Below, one piece after another: positions 54,001 to 63,000 of a DNA stretch of 64,000 nt (the stretch's first letter is position 1; each line of letters starts with the position of its first letter). Source of the DNA: an uncultured delta proteobacterium (GTDB taxonomy: Bacteria; Desulfobacterota; Binatia; Binatales; Binataceae); the NCBI GenBank assembly GCA_963794325.1, contig CAWCDG010000005.1, positions 352,001 through 416,000 on the forward strand, read 5' to 3'. The notes under the pieces were generated by a model that saw only the letters and a program-made list of their open reading frames with translations, had not been told where the DNA came from and made no database searches. Made by a program: the position numbers and the translations under genes.

Positions 54001-57000
54001 CCCGAGCGAGGTGCAAACGTCGGCCTGCCCGGTTACCCATGGCAACGGCAACGCTGCTGGCTCGAGCCAGGCGCAGATCGCAGCCAGCCGATTCACTCGG
54101 CCACCAGAAATTCTCTACTGGGACACCATTTCAAATCAGCCGCGTCGGGCGGCGCCGACTATTGGGAAATCCGGCTGGACAAGGAGTCGCTGCCTTTCCT
54201 CGATGACCATCGAATCGAGAACGTCGCGGCCTTGCCCGCATCGGTCTACGTCGAAATGGCATCAGCCGCCGCACAGGTGGCGCTCGGTTCGAAATCAATC
54301 GCGCTAACCGATGTCGAATTTCACCGCGCGCTCTTCATTCCCGATGGCGCAAGCGTCACGATTCAAGTGATCGTCGCGCCCGCCGCGGACGGAGCAGCGT
54401 CGTTTCAAATTCTCAGTTCTTCTGCTGGAACCGGCTCGTCCGCCAGGTCATGGACTCTGCATGCGTCTGGCAAAGTGTGTACTCAACCGGTTTCTGGCTC
54501 AGCGCCTGTCATAAAAGAAGAGTCGCTCGACGATATCCAGCTTCGAAGCTCTGACAAAGTCTCAGGGCCCGACTACTATCGACAGCTTAGTGCGAACGCG
54601 ATCCAGTACGGGCCCTTTTTCCAAAGCATCACTCAGTTGTGGCTCGATGGTAAGAACGTCCTGGGTGAGCTGCAAATTTCAACTGATCAGGAGAGCAACT
54701 TCAATGCCTATCAGCTTCATCCAGCGGTTCTCGACGGCTGCTTACAGGTCCTTGGAGCAGCGGTAGCGACGGAAGCAAGGCGAATCGGGAGAGAAGGCAC
54801 CTACATACCAACCCGCATCGGTCAGATCCGCATCCTTAGCCGTCCCGGCACACACCTATGGTGTCGCGCGCGCATCGTCGACGACAATGCCAGCGGGATC
54901 GTCGGAGAACTAAGACTCCTGGATGACGCCGGAAAGCTGGTCGTCGAACTTGAGGGTGTACACTTCGAATCGTTGGACCAAGGTCTCAAAGAAAACCTCG
55001 ATGACTGGCTCTATGAGCTCAAATGGCAGCCGAAAGAACGCGTCTCAGGAAACATACCGCCATCGAGTCCTGGAAGCTGGCTTATCTTTGCCGATAGCAG
55101 CGGCGTCGGAGAGTCGTTGCGGCAAATCCTGGAAGCGCGGGGAGAAAAAGGCATCCTCGTCTCGCGCGGTAAAGCGTACGAGCGCACGGATAGCACGCAC
55201 CTTTGCATTCGTCCCGACGAGCCAGAGGACATCCGGCGGCTGTTCGAGAGCGCGACGGATTCCGATCAACCTGCATGTCGTGGAATTGTCCATCTGTGGA
55301 GCCTCGACGCCTCTCTTCCCGAAACTGCTACTGCTGCTTCGATGGAAGCGGCGCAGACTCTCGGCTGCGTCAGCGCTTTGCACGTGGTGCAGGAGATGGC
55401 CGGCGCCCGATGGCGCGAGCAGCCTCGTCTTTGGCTGATTACTCGAGGAGCGCAGGCAGCGGGCAACGATTCCCGGCCGGTCGACGTCGTTCAAGCGCCT
55501 ATCTGGGGACTAGGTCGAGTTATCGCCCAGGAGCATCCCGCATTTTGGGGAGGGCTGGTGGACCTCGAGCCCTCGTCTTCTGCTGGCGATGGCTCAGCTC
55601 GTCAGTTGTTTGAGGAAATCTCCTCTCCCGATGGTGAGAATCAGGTTACTCTTCGCAGCGGGCAGCGGATGGTGGCGCGACTCGCTCGAAGGCGCGAATC
55701 CAGCGCACGCGAAACTCCGCTGCGATGGCGTTCTGACGGCAGCTATCTGATAACCGGAGGCCTCGGCGACCTCGGCCTGAAGGTCGCGCGCTGGATGGTG
55801 TCGCAAGGTGCTCGGCGCCTGATCCTTTTAGGACGCACGCAGCTTCCGCCGCGTTCGAGCTGGAGCTCGCAGGAGGCCGGCAGTCACCTGGCTCGACAAT
55901 TTGCCGCGATTCGGGAACTCGAAGAATCCGGGGCCAGCGTGCATCTGGTGTCCGCCGATATCGCGGATGAAACACAGATGAGCGCATTCCTCGATCGGTT
56001 TCAGGCTGAAGGTTGGCCCCCGATTCGCGGGGTTGTGCACGCGGCGGGAGTGCTGCAGGACGGCCTGCTGTTACAACTCGATGCGGCCGCGATGAACAAG
56101 GTTCTGCGGCCAAAGATGGTCGGCGGATGGATCCTTCATCGCCTGCTTCGAGAAGCTCCACTGGATTTTTTCGTAGTCTTCTCTTCGGCCGGTTCCCTGA
56201 TTGGGCAGCCCGGACAGGGCAACTACGCCGCCGCTAACAGTTTCCTCGACGCGCTCGCGCATCATCGAAACGCCCAAGGCCTTCCAGCTCTGAGTATCAA
56301 CTGGGGAGCATGGGCCGAGTTGGGATTTGCCGAGACCGAAGGCGGCAGGAGTCTGACCAGGCGCCTTGCGCTGCTGGGAATAAGAAGCATGCCGCCCAAG
56401 CTGGCGCTCGAGGTCATGGATCGCCTGCTGCGCGAAACTGCCACCCAGGTCGTGGCGCTTCCAGTGAACTGGAGTAAGTATCACGAGTTCTATGGAATAG
56501 GCACTGAGCCGCCACTGCTCTCCGATCTTGCCAATGAAGAAGCGGTTAGCCCATCTCAAACGGTGCATCCGGGCGAAAAGCGCGGCGCGATACTCGACGC
56601 GGCTCCCCTGGAGCGCGCCCAGTTGCTGCAGTCCTATGTGACTGAGCAGGTAGCTCGTGTGCTCGGCCTATCGCCCTCGCAACTGGATATCCAGCAACCA
56701 CTGACCAACCTGGGACTGGACTCGCTGATGGCGGTCGAGCTGAAGAATCGCATCTCGGCGGATTTGGGCGTCAACGTGCCGATGGTGAAATTTCTCCAGG
56801 GCTTCAGCGTCGCGCAGGCAGCAACCCAGCTCCTCGAGCAGCTTACGGCGGAAGCCGGCAATCCGTCAGCCATTCGCTCCTTGGCGCGCGATCGCGAGAA
56901 CGATCAAATCGACAAACATCTGATAGCCAACATCGACGAGCTTTCGGAGGAACAGGTCGATTCGATGCTCGCCGATATGCTGACTAAAGATGCGGTTACC

Positions 57001-57003
57001 TAG
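51088..57003 (+). CDS. Type I PKS: ACP-KS-AT-DH-KR-ACP
   Basis: YGMGSTEA (ACP), DTACSSS/HGTGT/NIGH (KS), GHSMG/FASH (AT), HRIENVAALP and LDGCLQ (DH), GGLGDLG/NYAAAN (KR), GLDSLM (ACP). Confidence 0.95.
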   Translation: MAGNPITGEIANTSIATASPQLDTYSAEVIEKWLVDKLSELLGVAPEEIDVREPFASYGMGSTEAVSLSGELGDWLGQKVAADLAYEFPTIETLARHLSGSTDESRPDARNDLASESIAIIGIGCRFPGSIGPQEFWQSIRDGIDAITEVPADRFNLDEVYDSDPTVPGKISTRWGGFIDQVDQFDPQFFGISPREAARMDPQQRLLLEVTWEALEDAGQAPETLTGSQTGVFVGISNNDYGRTQFGDLSRIDAYAGTGNALSIAANRISYLLDFRGPSIAIDTACSSSLVSVHLACTSLRNGESTLALAGGVNLILSPAITMNFTKAGVMAPDGRCKTFDAGANGYVRSEGAGLVVLKPLSRALADGDTIYAVIRGSAVNQDGRSNGLMAPNPLAQEAVLREAYRAAAVSAGDVQYVEAHGTGTLLGDPIEARALGRVLADGRASGNFCAIGSVKTNIGHCEAAAGVAGLIKVALALKHAEIPASLHFQEPNPHIPFDQLPIRVQTRPGPWSEESGPPLAGVSSFGFGGTNAHVVMQQAPESRSKNREASAIKSCYFLPLSARSPEALQAVARSYLEFLASSELSLHDICYSASARRGHHDYRLSVTGDASNQLIDGLEAFLKGETRAGLSSGRKALGAHKKLAFVFSGQGSQWFGMGRTLLHDEPVFREMIERCALALRPHTDWSLIAELAATDPTESRLNEVDVIQPALFAVQVALASLWRSWGIEPDAVVGHSMGEVAAAYVAGAVSLEDAALIICTRSKLVRRTVGQGAMASVELSIEDARRAIAGYEDRVSIAVSTSPTSTVLSGDPTALAEILEQLQARDVFCRMVKVDFASHSPQMDPLRAELMRALEEVQPHLASIPIYSTVLDSVADGSEFDALYWARNLREPVLFSASVQRLLEDGHETFVEISAHPILLSGIQQGIHHAGKEGAVLASIRREEDEHTAMLRSLGLLYCSGYAIDWNRIYPERGANVGLPGYPWQRQRCWLEPGADRSQPIHSATRNSLLGHHFKSAASGGADYWEIRLDKESLPFLDDHRIENVAALPASVYVEMASAAAQVALGSKSIALTDVEFHRALFIPDGASVTIQVIVAPAADGAASFQILSSSAGTGSSARSWTLHASGKVCTQPVSGSAPVIKEESLDDIQLRSSDKVSGPDYYRQLSANAIQYGPFFQSITQLWLDGKNVLGELQISTDQESNFNAYQLHPAVLDGCLQVLGAAVATEARRIGREGTYIPTRIGQIRILSRPGTHLWCRARIVDDNASGIVGELRLLDDAGKLVVELEGVHFESLDQGLKENLDDWLYELKWQPKERVSGNIPPSSPGSWLIFADSSGVGESLRQILEARGEKGILVSRGKAYERTDSTHLCIRPDEPEDIRRLFESATDSDQPACRGIVHLWSLDASLPETATAASMEAAQTLGCVSALHVVQEMAGARWREQPRLWLITRGAQAAGNDSRPVDVVQAPIWGLGRVIAQEHPAFWGGLVDLEPSSSAGDGSARQLFEEISSPDGENQVTLRSGQRMVARLARRRESSARETPLRWRSDGSYLITGGLGDLGLKVARWMVSQGARRLILLGRTQLPPRSSWSSQEAGSHLARQFAAIRELEESGASVHLVSADIADETQMSAFLDRFQAEGWPPIRGVVHAAGVLQDGLLLQLDAAAMNKVLRPKMVGGWILHRLLREAPLDFFVVFSSAGSLIGQPGQGNYAAANSFLDALAHHRNAQGLPALSINWGAWAELGFAETEGGRSLTRRLALLGIRSMPPKLALEVMDRLLRETATQVVALPVNWSKYHEFYGIGTEPPLLSDLANEEAVSPSQTVHPGEKRGAILDAAPLERAQLLQSYVTEQVARVLGLSPSQLDIQQPLTNLGLDSLMAVELKNRISADLGVNVPMVKFLQGFSVAQAATQLLEQLTAEAGNPSAIRSLARDRENDQIDKHLIANIDELSEEQVDSMLADMLTKDAVT

Positions 57004-60000
57004 TGCCTGATGTATCCAATCGGATCGCCGGCCTCTCATCCGCGGAAAAACGTGCACTGCTTGCCGATCTCCTTCGGGAAAAAGCGCGCGCGGTCGAGTC
57101 ATTCTATCCACTGTCCTACAATCAGCAGGGGATATGGTTTCTATCTCAGTTGGCGCCTGAGAGTATGGTTTACAACGTCAGCTTCGCCGCACGAATCACC
57201 TCGGAGCTTGATGTCCCCGCGTTGCGCCGATCGTTTCAGGCTCTCGTCGATCGGCATCCTTGCCTGAGGACCACCTTCACCGTGCGCTCCGGGAAACCGG
57301 TGCAACGGATCCACCAGGGCGCGAAGGTCCACTTCGAAGAGTTGGATGCTTCAGCATGGTCGCGAGACGAGATCGAGTCTCGGTTGACCGACGAAGCGCA
57401 TCGTCCCTTTGATCTCGAGCAAGGTCCTTTGCTCCGCGTGAGTGTCTTCAAGCGATCCGAGCGGGAACACTACCTGTTGCTGGTCGTGCATCACATCGTG
57501 ATCGACTTCTGGTCGCTCGCGATTCTTCTAAATGAGCTCGGCGTGCTGTACCCGGCGGAAGCGGCGGACCGGCGGGCGACCTTACCACCGCTTCACCTGC
57601 AATACGGCGACTACGTTCGCTGGCAATCTGAAATGCTGGCGGGCGCGGAAGGTGAGCGTCTATGGGGCTACTGGCGCAAACAACTAGCCGGGTCGTTGCC
57701 GGTGCTGGAGTTGCCGACCGATCGTCCGCGCCAGCCGATACAAACGCATCGCGGCGGATCGCATGACTTCGTCCTCAGCGACGAATTGAGCGGGAAGCTG
57801 AAGCTGCTCGCGAAAGCTCAAGGTGCGACACTCTATGTAGTCATGCTCGCCGCGTTCCAGGCGATGCTTCACTACTTGTCGGGGCAGGACGATCTGATCG
57901 TGGGCTCGCCGGTAGTTGGCAGGAGTCGCGCCGAGTTTGAAGAGATCGTCGGGCTTTTTACTAATCCGGTTTTCTTGCGAGTAAGTCTCTCCGGAAATCC
58001 GACCTTCCAGGAGTTCGTAAGCCATGTGCGGCATACGGCGCTCGACGCGCTCGAGCATCAGGACTTTCCTACGCTGCTGTTGGTCGAAAGACTAAAGCCT
58101 GCTCGCGATCTTAGCCGACCGCCTATATGCCAGGTTATGTTCGTGCTGGATAAGCCACATGGGCTTGCGGAACAGGGCGCACCTACCTTCGTACACGGGG
58201 AAGCAGGGCCCACCATGAACTCTGGAGGGCTGGTACTGGAATCTTTCCCGCTCGAACATCGGTCCGCCTCGCTGGACCTTGTATTGCTGGTCGTCGAATC
58301 GACGCAGTCGCTCTCGATTTCCATGAGATACAACGCCGAACTGTTCGACCACTCTACCATCACTCGGTTTGGAAAATACTTTGAGGTTCTGCTTCAGCAC
58401 GTAGTCAGTCATCCGGACGCGCGGCTCAGTGCCTTGGCTGAAGTACTCGACGCGGCGGACCCGAAGCACCAATCGGCCGCACGCGAGGAGCTGGAGATCC
58501 TCGACGACGGCGAGAGAGCGCGAGTGTTAGAGGAGTTTAACCAGACTGCCGCTCCCTATCCTGACGAGGTCTGCATCCAGCGCTTGTTCGAAGAGCAGGT
58601 GGAACGTACGCCAGACCGCGTTGCGCTCACCTTCGAGAATCAAAACCTGACCTATGCGCAGCTCAACGCCCGCGCAAATCAACTCGCACACTATCTGCGC
58701 GCGCGGGCAGTGGGGCCCGAAGTGCTTGTGGCGATTTGCATGGAGCGGTCTCTCGAGATGGTCGTCGCGCTCCTCGGCGTTCTCAAGGCGGGCGGCGCTT
58801 ACTTGCCGATCGATCCGGCTTACCCCAGGGAGCGGCTGGCATTCGTTCTGGAAAATGCTCGGGCGCAAGTGCTGTTGACGACGGAGCCGCTGCGCGAGCA
58901 CATGCCGGATCAAGGTGTGCAACTGGTATGTCTCGACTCCGATTGGGAATCGATCGCCCGCGAGAGTTGTGACAATCCGCCGAACGTGACCACGGCCGGC
59001 AACCTGGCTTATGTCATTTACACCTCCGGCTCGACCGGGCAACCCAAGGGCGTGATGGTCGAGCATCGCGGCCTTAGCAACACGGTTAAGTGGCTATCGC
59101 AAACACTGGCGATCACCGCGGACGACAGCACTCTGCTCAAGACTCCGATCACCTTCGACGCCGCGGGGCGCGAGCTCTTTCCAACACTCTTGGCGGGAGC
59201 GCATCTGGTAATCGTGGAGCCCGATGCCCACCGTGACACGCGCTATGTAGCAGAGAAAATGCGCGACCACAGCGTCTCGATACTTCACTGCGTCCCCTCT
59301 TTCCTGCGCCTGTTGATAGCGGAATCGGCTTTCGCCGACGCCGTGACCTTGCGCGCGGTCATGAGCGGCGGCGAGGCGCTGACACCGGACATAGTCGCGG
59401 AGTTTGGCCGTCGCTCCAAGGCCAGCTTATACAATGTCTATGGGCCGACCGAGACGATTATCGACTCGGCGTACTGGCTATGCGACGGAACCAGCGATGC
59501 TTCGATAGTGCCGATAGGACGACCTATTCCAAACGCGCGCATGTACATTCTGAACAGAGCGCTGCGCCCCGTGCCGATCGGAGTTTCCGGAGAACTATAC
59601 ATAGGTGGAGTGAGTCTGGCACGTGGCTACCTGAACCTGCCGGGTCTGACCGCCGAGAAGTTTATTCCGGATCCTTTCTCCGGCGAGCCCGGCAAGCGGC
59701 TCTATAAGACTGGCGACCTGGCGCGCTATCTGCCTGATGGAAATATCCAGTATCTCGGTCGCGGCGACTATCAAGTCAAAATCCGCGGCTTCAGAATTGA
59801 ACTCGGAGAGATTGAAGCGGCCCTTACGCAATATTCGTCGATCGCTCAGGCGGTTGTCACAGTTCACGAAGGCGCGCATGGAGAAAGGCGGCTGGTCGCG
59901 TACGTGGTCGCTCAGCCGGATTGCGCTCCGACCCCGATTGAACTGCGCACGTTTCTGAAAGACAAGCTGCCTGACCACATGGTGCCGGCGGTTTTCCTGA

Positions 60001-63000
60001 TGCTCGACCGGTTTCCTCTAACTCCCAATGGAAAAGTGGATCGGCGCGCTCTGCCAGCGCCCACCGATACGAGGCCGGAATTGGCCAGAGCATTCGTGGA
60101 GTTCCGCACACCCACGGAAGAGCTGCTCGTCGGCATCTGGTCGCAAGTCCTGGGCGTCGAGCGCGTCGGCATCTACGATGATTTCTTCGACCTGGGAGGC
60201 CACTCGCTGCTTGCTACTCAAGTCGTCTCTCGAATCCGTGAAACCTTTCAGGTGGAGATGCCGCTGCGTCGTCTGTTCGAAACCCCTACGGTGGCAGATC
60301 TTGCCGACAGCCTCGATCTATCGCGGCGCGACGACAAGAGTCTACAGCTGACACCTATACAACCTGTTCCTCGAGATGGAGACCTGCCGCTCTCCTTTGC
60401 TCAACAACGGCTATGGTTTATCGATCAACTTGATCCGGGAAACTCGGTTTACAATTTTCCGGTAGCGGTCCGACTAAAGGGCTCGCTCAACCTTGCTGCT
60501 CTCGAACAGAGTCTCAACGAAATTGTGCGGCGCCACGAAGCTCTGCGCACGACATTTTCGACGGTCGATGGACAACCTATTCAGGTAATCGCGCCGAGAC
60601 TCACCATAGGACTGCCAGTCATCGATCTGCGAGAGCTATCCGAGGCTGAGCGAGAGAACGAGGTTCAACGGCTGGTAGTCGAAGAAGCTCGGCGACCGTT
60701 CGACCTGGCCAAAGGTCCGCTGCTGAGAGCGAGCGTGCTGCAGCTTGCCGAGGACGAGCAAGTCGGGCTTCTCACGATGCATCACATCGTCTCAGATGGC
60801 TGGTCGGCCGGCATCCTGGTTCGCGAGATGGCGGCGCTCTACCAGGCGTACTGCTCTGAAAGCCCGTCGCCGCTGCTTGAACTGCCAATCCAGTACGCCG
60901 ATTTTGCCTACTGGCAGCGAGAGTGGCTGCAGGGTGAGGTACTTCAACGGCAAATCGACTATTGGAAAAAGCAGCTCGAGGGCGCTCCGCCGTTGTTGGA
61001 ACTGCCGGAGGACCATCCCAGGCTGGCGGTGCAGACTTTTCGCGGCAATCATCAATCGTTGCTGTTGCCCAAAGAAGTCGGGCGCGCACTGAAAGCACTT
61101 AGCCGGGATGAAGCCGCCACGCTTTTCATGACGCTGTTGGCGGCGTTCAAAGTCCTACTGCACTGCTATACCAGGCAGGACGATGTGGTCGTAGGCACGC
61201 CGGTTGCCAACCGCAACCGACTCGAGATTGAAGGACTTATCGGATTTTTCGTAAACGCGCTGGTATTGCGCACTGACCTATCCGGTGATCCGAGCTTTCG
61301 AGAACTCGTGCTGCGTGTGCGCAAGGTATGCGTGGACGCTTACGCTCATCAGGATCTGCCGTTCGAGCGGCTGGTCGAGGAATTGCACATCGAGCGCGAT
61401 CTCAGCCGCAATCCGCTGTTCCAGGTGATGTTCGTTCTTCAGAATGCGCCGATGCAGGCGGTCGAGCTGCCGGGCCTCAGCTTGAATCCCGTGATTGCAG
61501 ACGGTGGGACTACTCACTTCGACTTGACGCTTCACATCGTCGATTCCGAGCAAGGTCTGCTTGGGACCGTGGCATACAACACCGACCTGTTTGACGCCGA
61601 CACGATAACTCGCATGTTAGGCCATTTCCAGACCTTGCTCGAGACGATAGTTAAGGATCCCGACCAACGCCTTTCTCACCTATCCCTGTTAACTGACGCC
61701 GAGCGCCAACAAGTCCTGGTGGGGCGGAATGACATCCCTCATGACTATGTTCCAGGGCCAGGTATCACTGAGCTTTTTGAGGCTCAGGTGGAGCGAACGC
61801 CCGACGCGATAGCACTCGTCTTCGAAGACCAACATCTGACTTATCGCGAGCTGAACGTGCGCGCCAACCGGCTTGCTCATAGCCTGCGCAAATTAAACGT
61901 GGGACTGGAAGTTGCTGTCGGTGTTTGCCTCGAGCGTTCGTTGGAACTGGTAATCAGCTTGCTTGGTGTTCTCAAGGCAGGAGGCGTCTATCTGCCGTTG
62001 GATCCTGCCTACCCAAAGCAACGCATTGGCTTTATGCTGCATGACGCGAACGCTTCGGTGCTCGTGACGGAGAAGCGGCTGATTCAAAACTTGCCGGAGC
62101 ATGGCGCGCGAGTGATCTGTTTGGATTCAGACGCGGAATCTCTCAGCCGGGAAAGTGCGGAAAATCCGGCGAGCTCGGTCGAGCCTGAAAACCTCGCGTA
62201 TATCATCTATACCTCGGGCTCCACCGGTCAGCCGAAGGGAGTTCTCGTTTCGCATGGCTCGATCGCCGAACATTGCCGCGATGCTGAAAAGTACTACGAG
62301 CTGAAACCCACCGACCGGGTACTTCAGCTAGCTTCAATGAGTTTTGATCTGTCACTGGAACAGATACTGCCAACTCTTATTGTCGGCGCGCGCCTGGTTG
62401 TGGTGAAAGAACTATGGCGGGCGGAAGAGTTCCATAGCAGAGCAGCCGAACTCGAACTAACTGTAGTGGATCTTCCGACTGGGTATTGGCAGGAGCTGGT
62501 CCAGGAATGGGAAGGCGCAGCGGAACCGGTTTTGAATTCGCAATACCGGCTGTTTGTCGTGGGCGGCGAGACTATGTTGCCGGAAATTCTCGCTCTCTGG
62601 CTGCGGACCGCGCTAAGTTCCGTGCGTCTGATCAATGCCTATGGACCAACCGAAGCGACCATAACCGCGACCGCGTTCGAGACTGCATCGCGATGTGGAA
62701 CAAATGCGCGGCTTCATCGTGTTCCAATCGGTCGCCCTCTGGCTAATCGAGAAATCTACATCCTCGACGGACATTGTAATCCGGTCCCAATCGGAATTCC
62801 GGGCGAGCTTCATATCGGCGGCAGGAGCCTCGCGCGAGGATATATGAACCGGCCGGACCTGACCGCTGAAAAGTTCATTCCGAATCCGTTCAGTAACATA
62901 GCCGGCGCGAGGATGTACAAAACCGGCGACCTGGCGCGTCACTTGCCCGACGGTAACATTGAATACATCGGACGTACCGATCATCAGGTGAAGATCCGCG

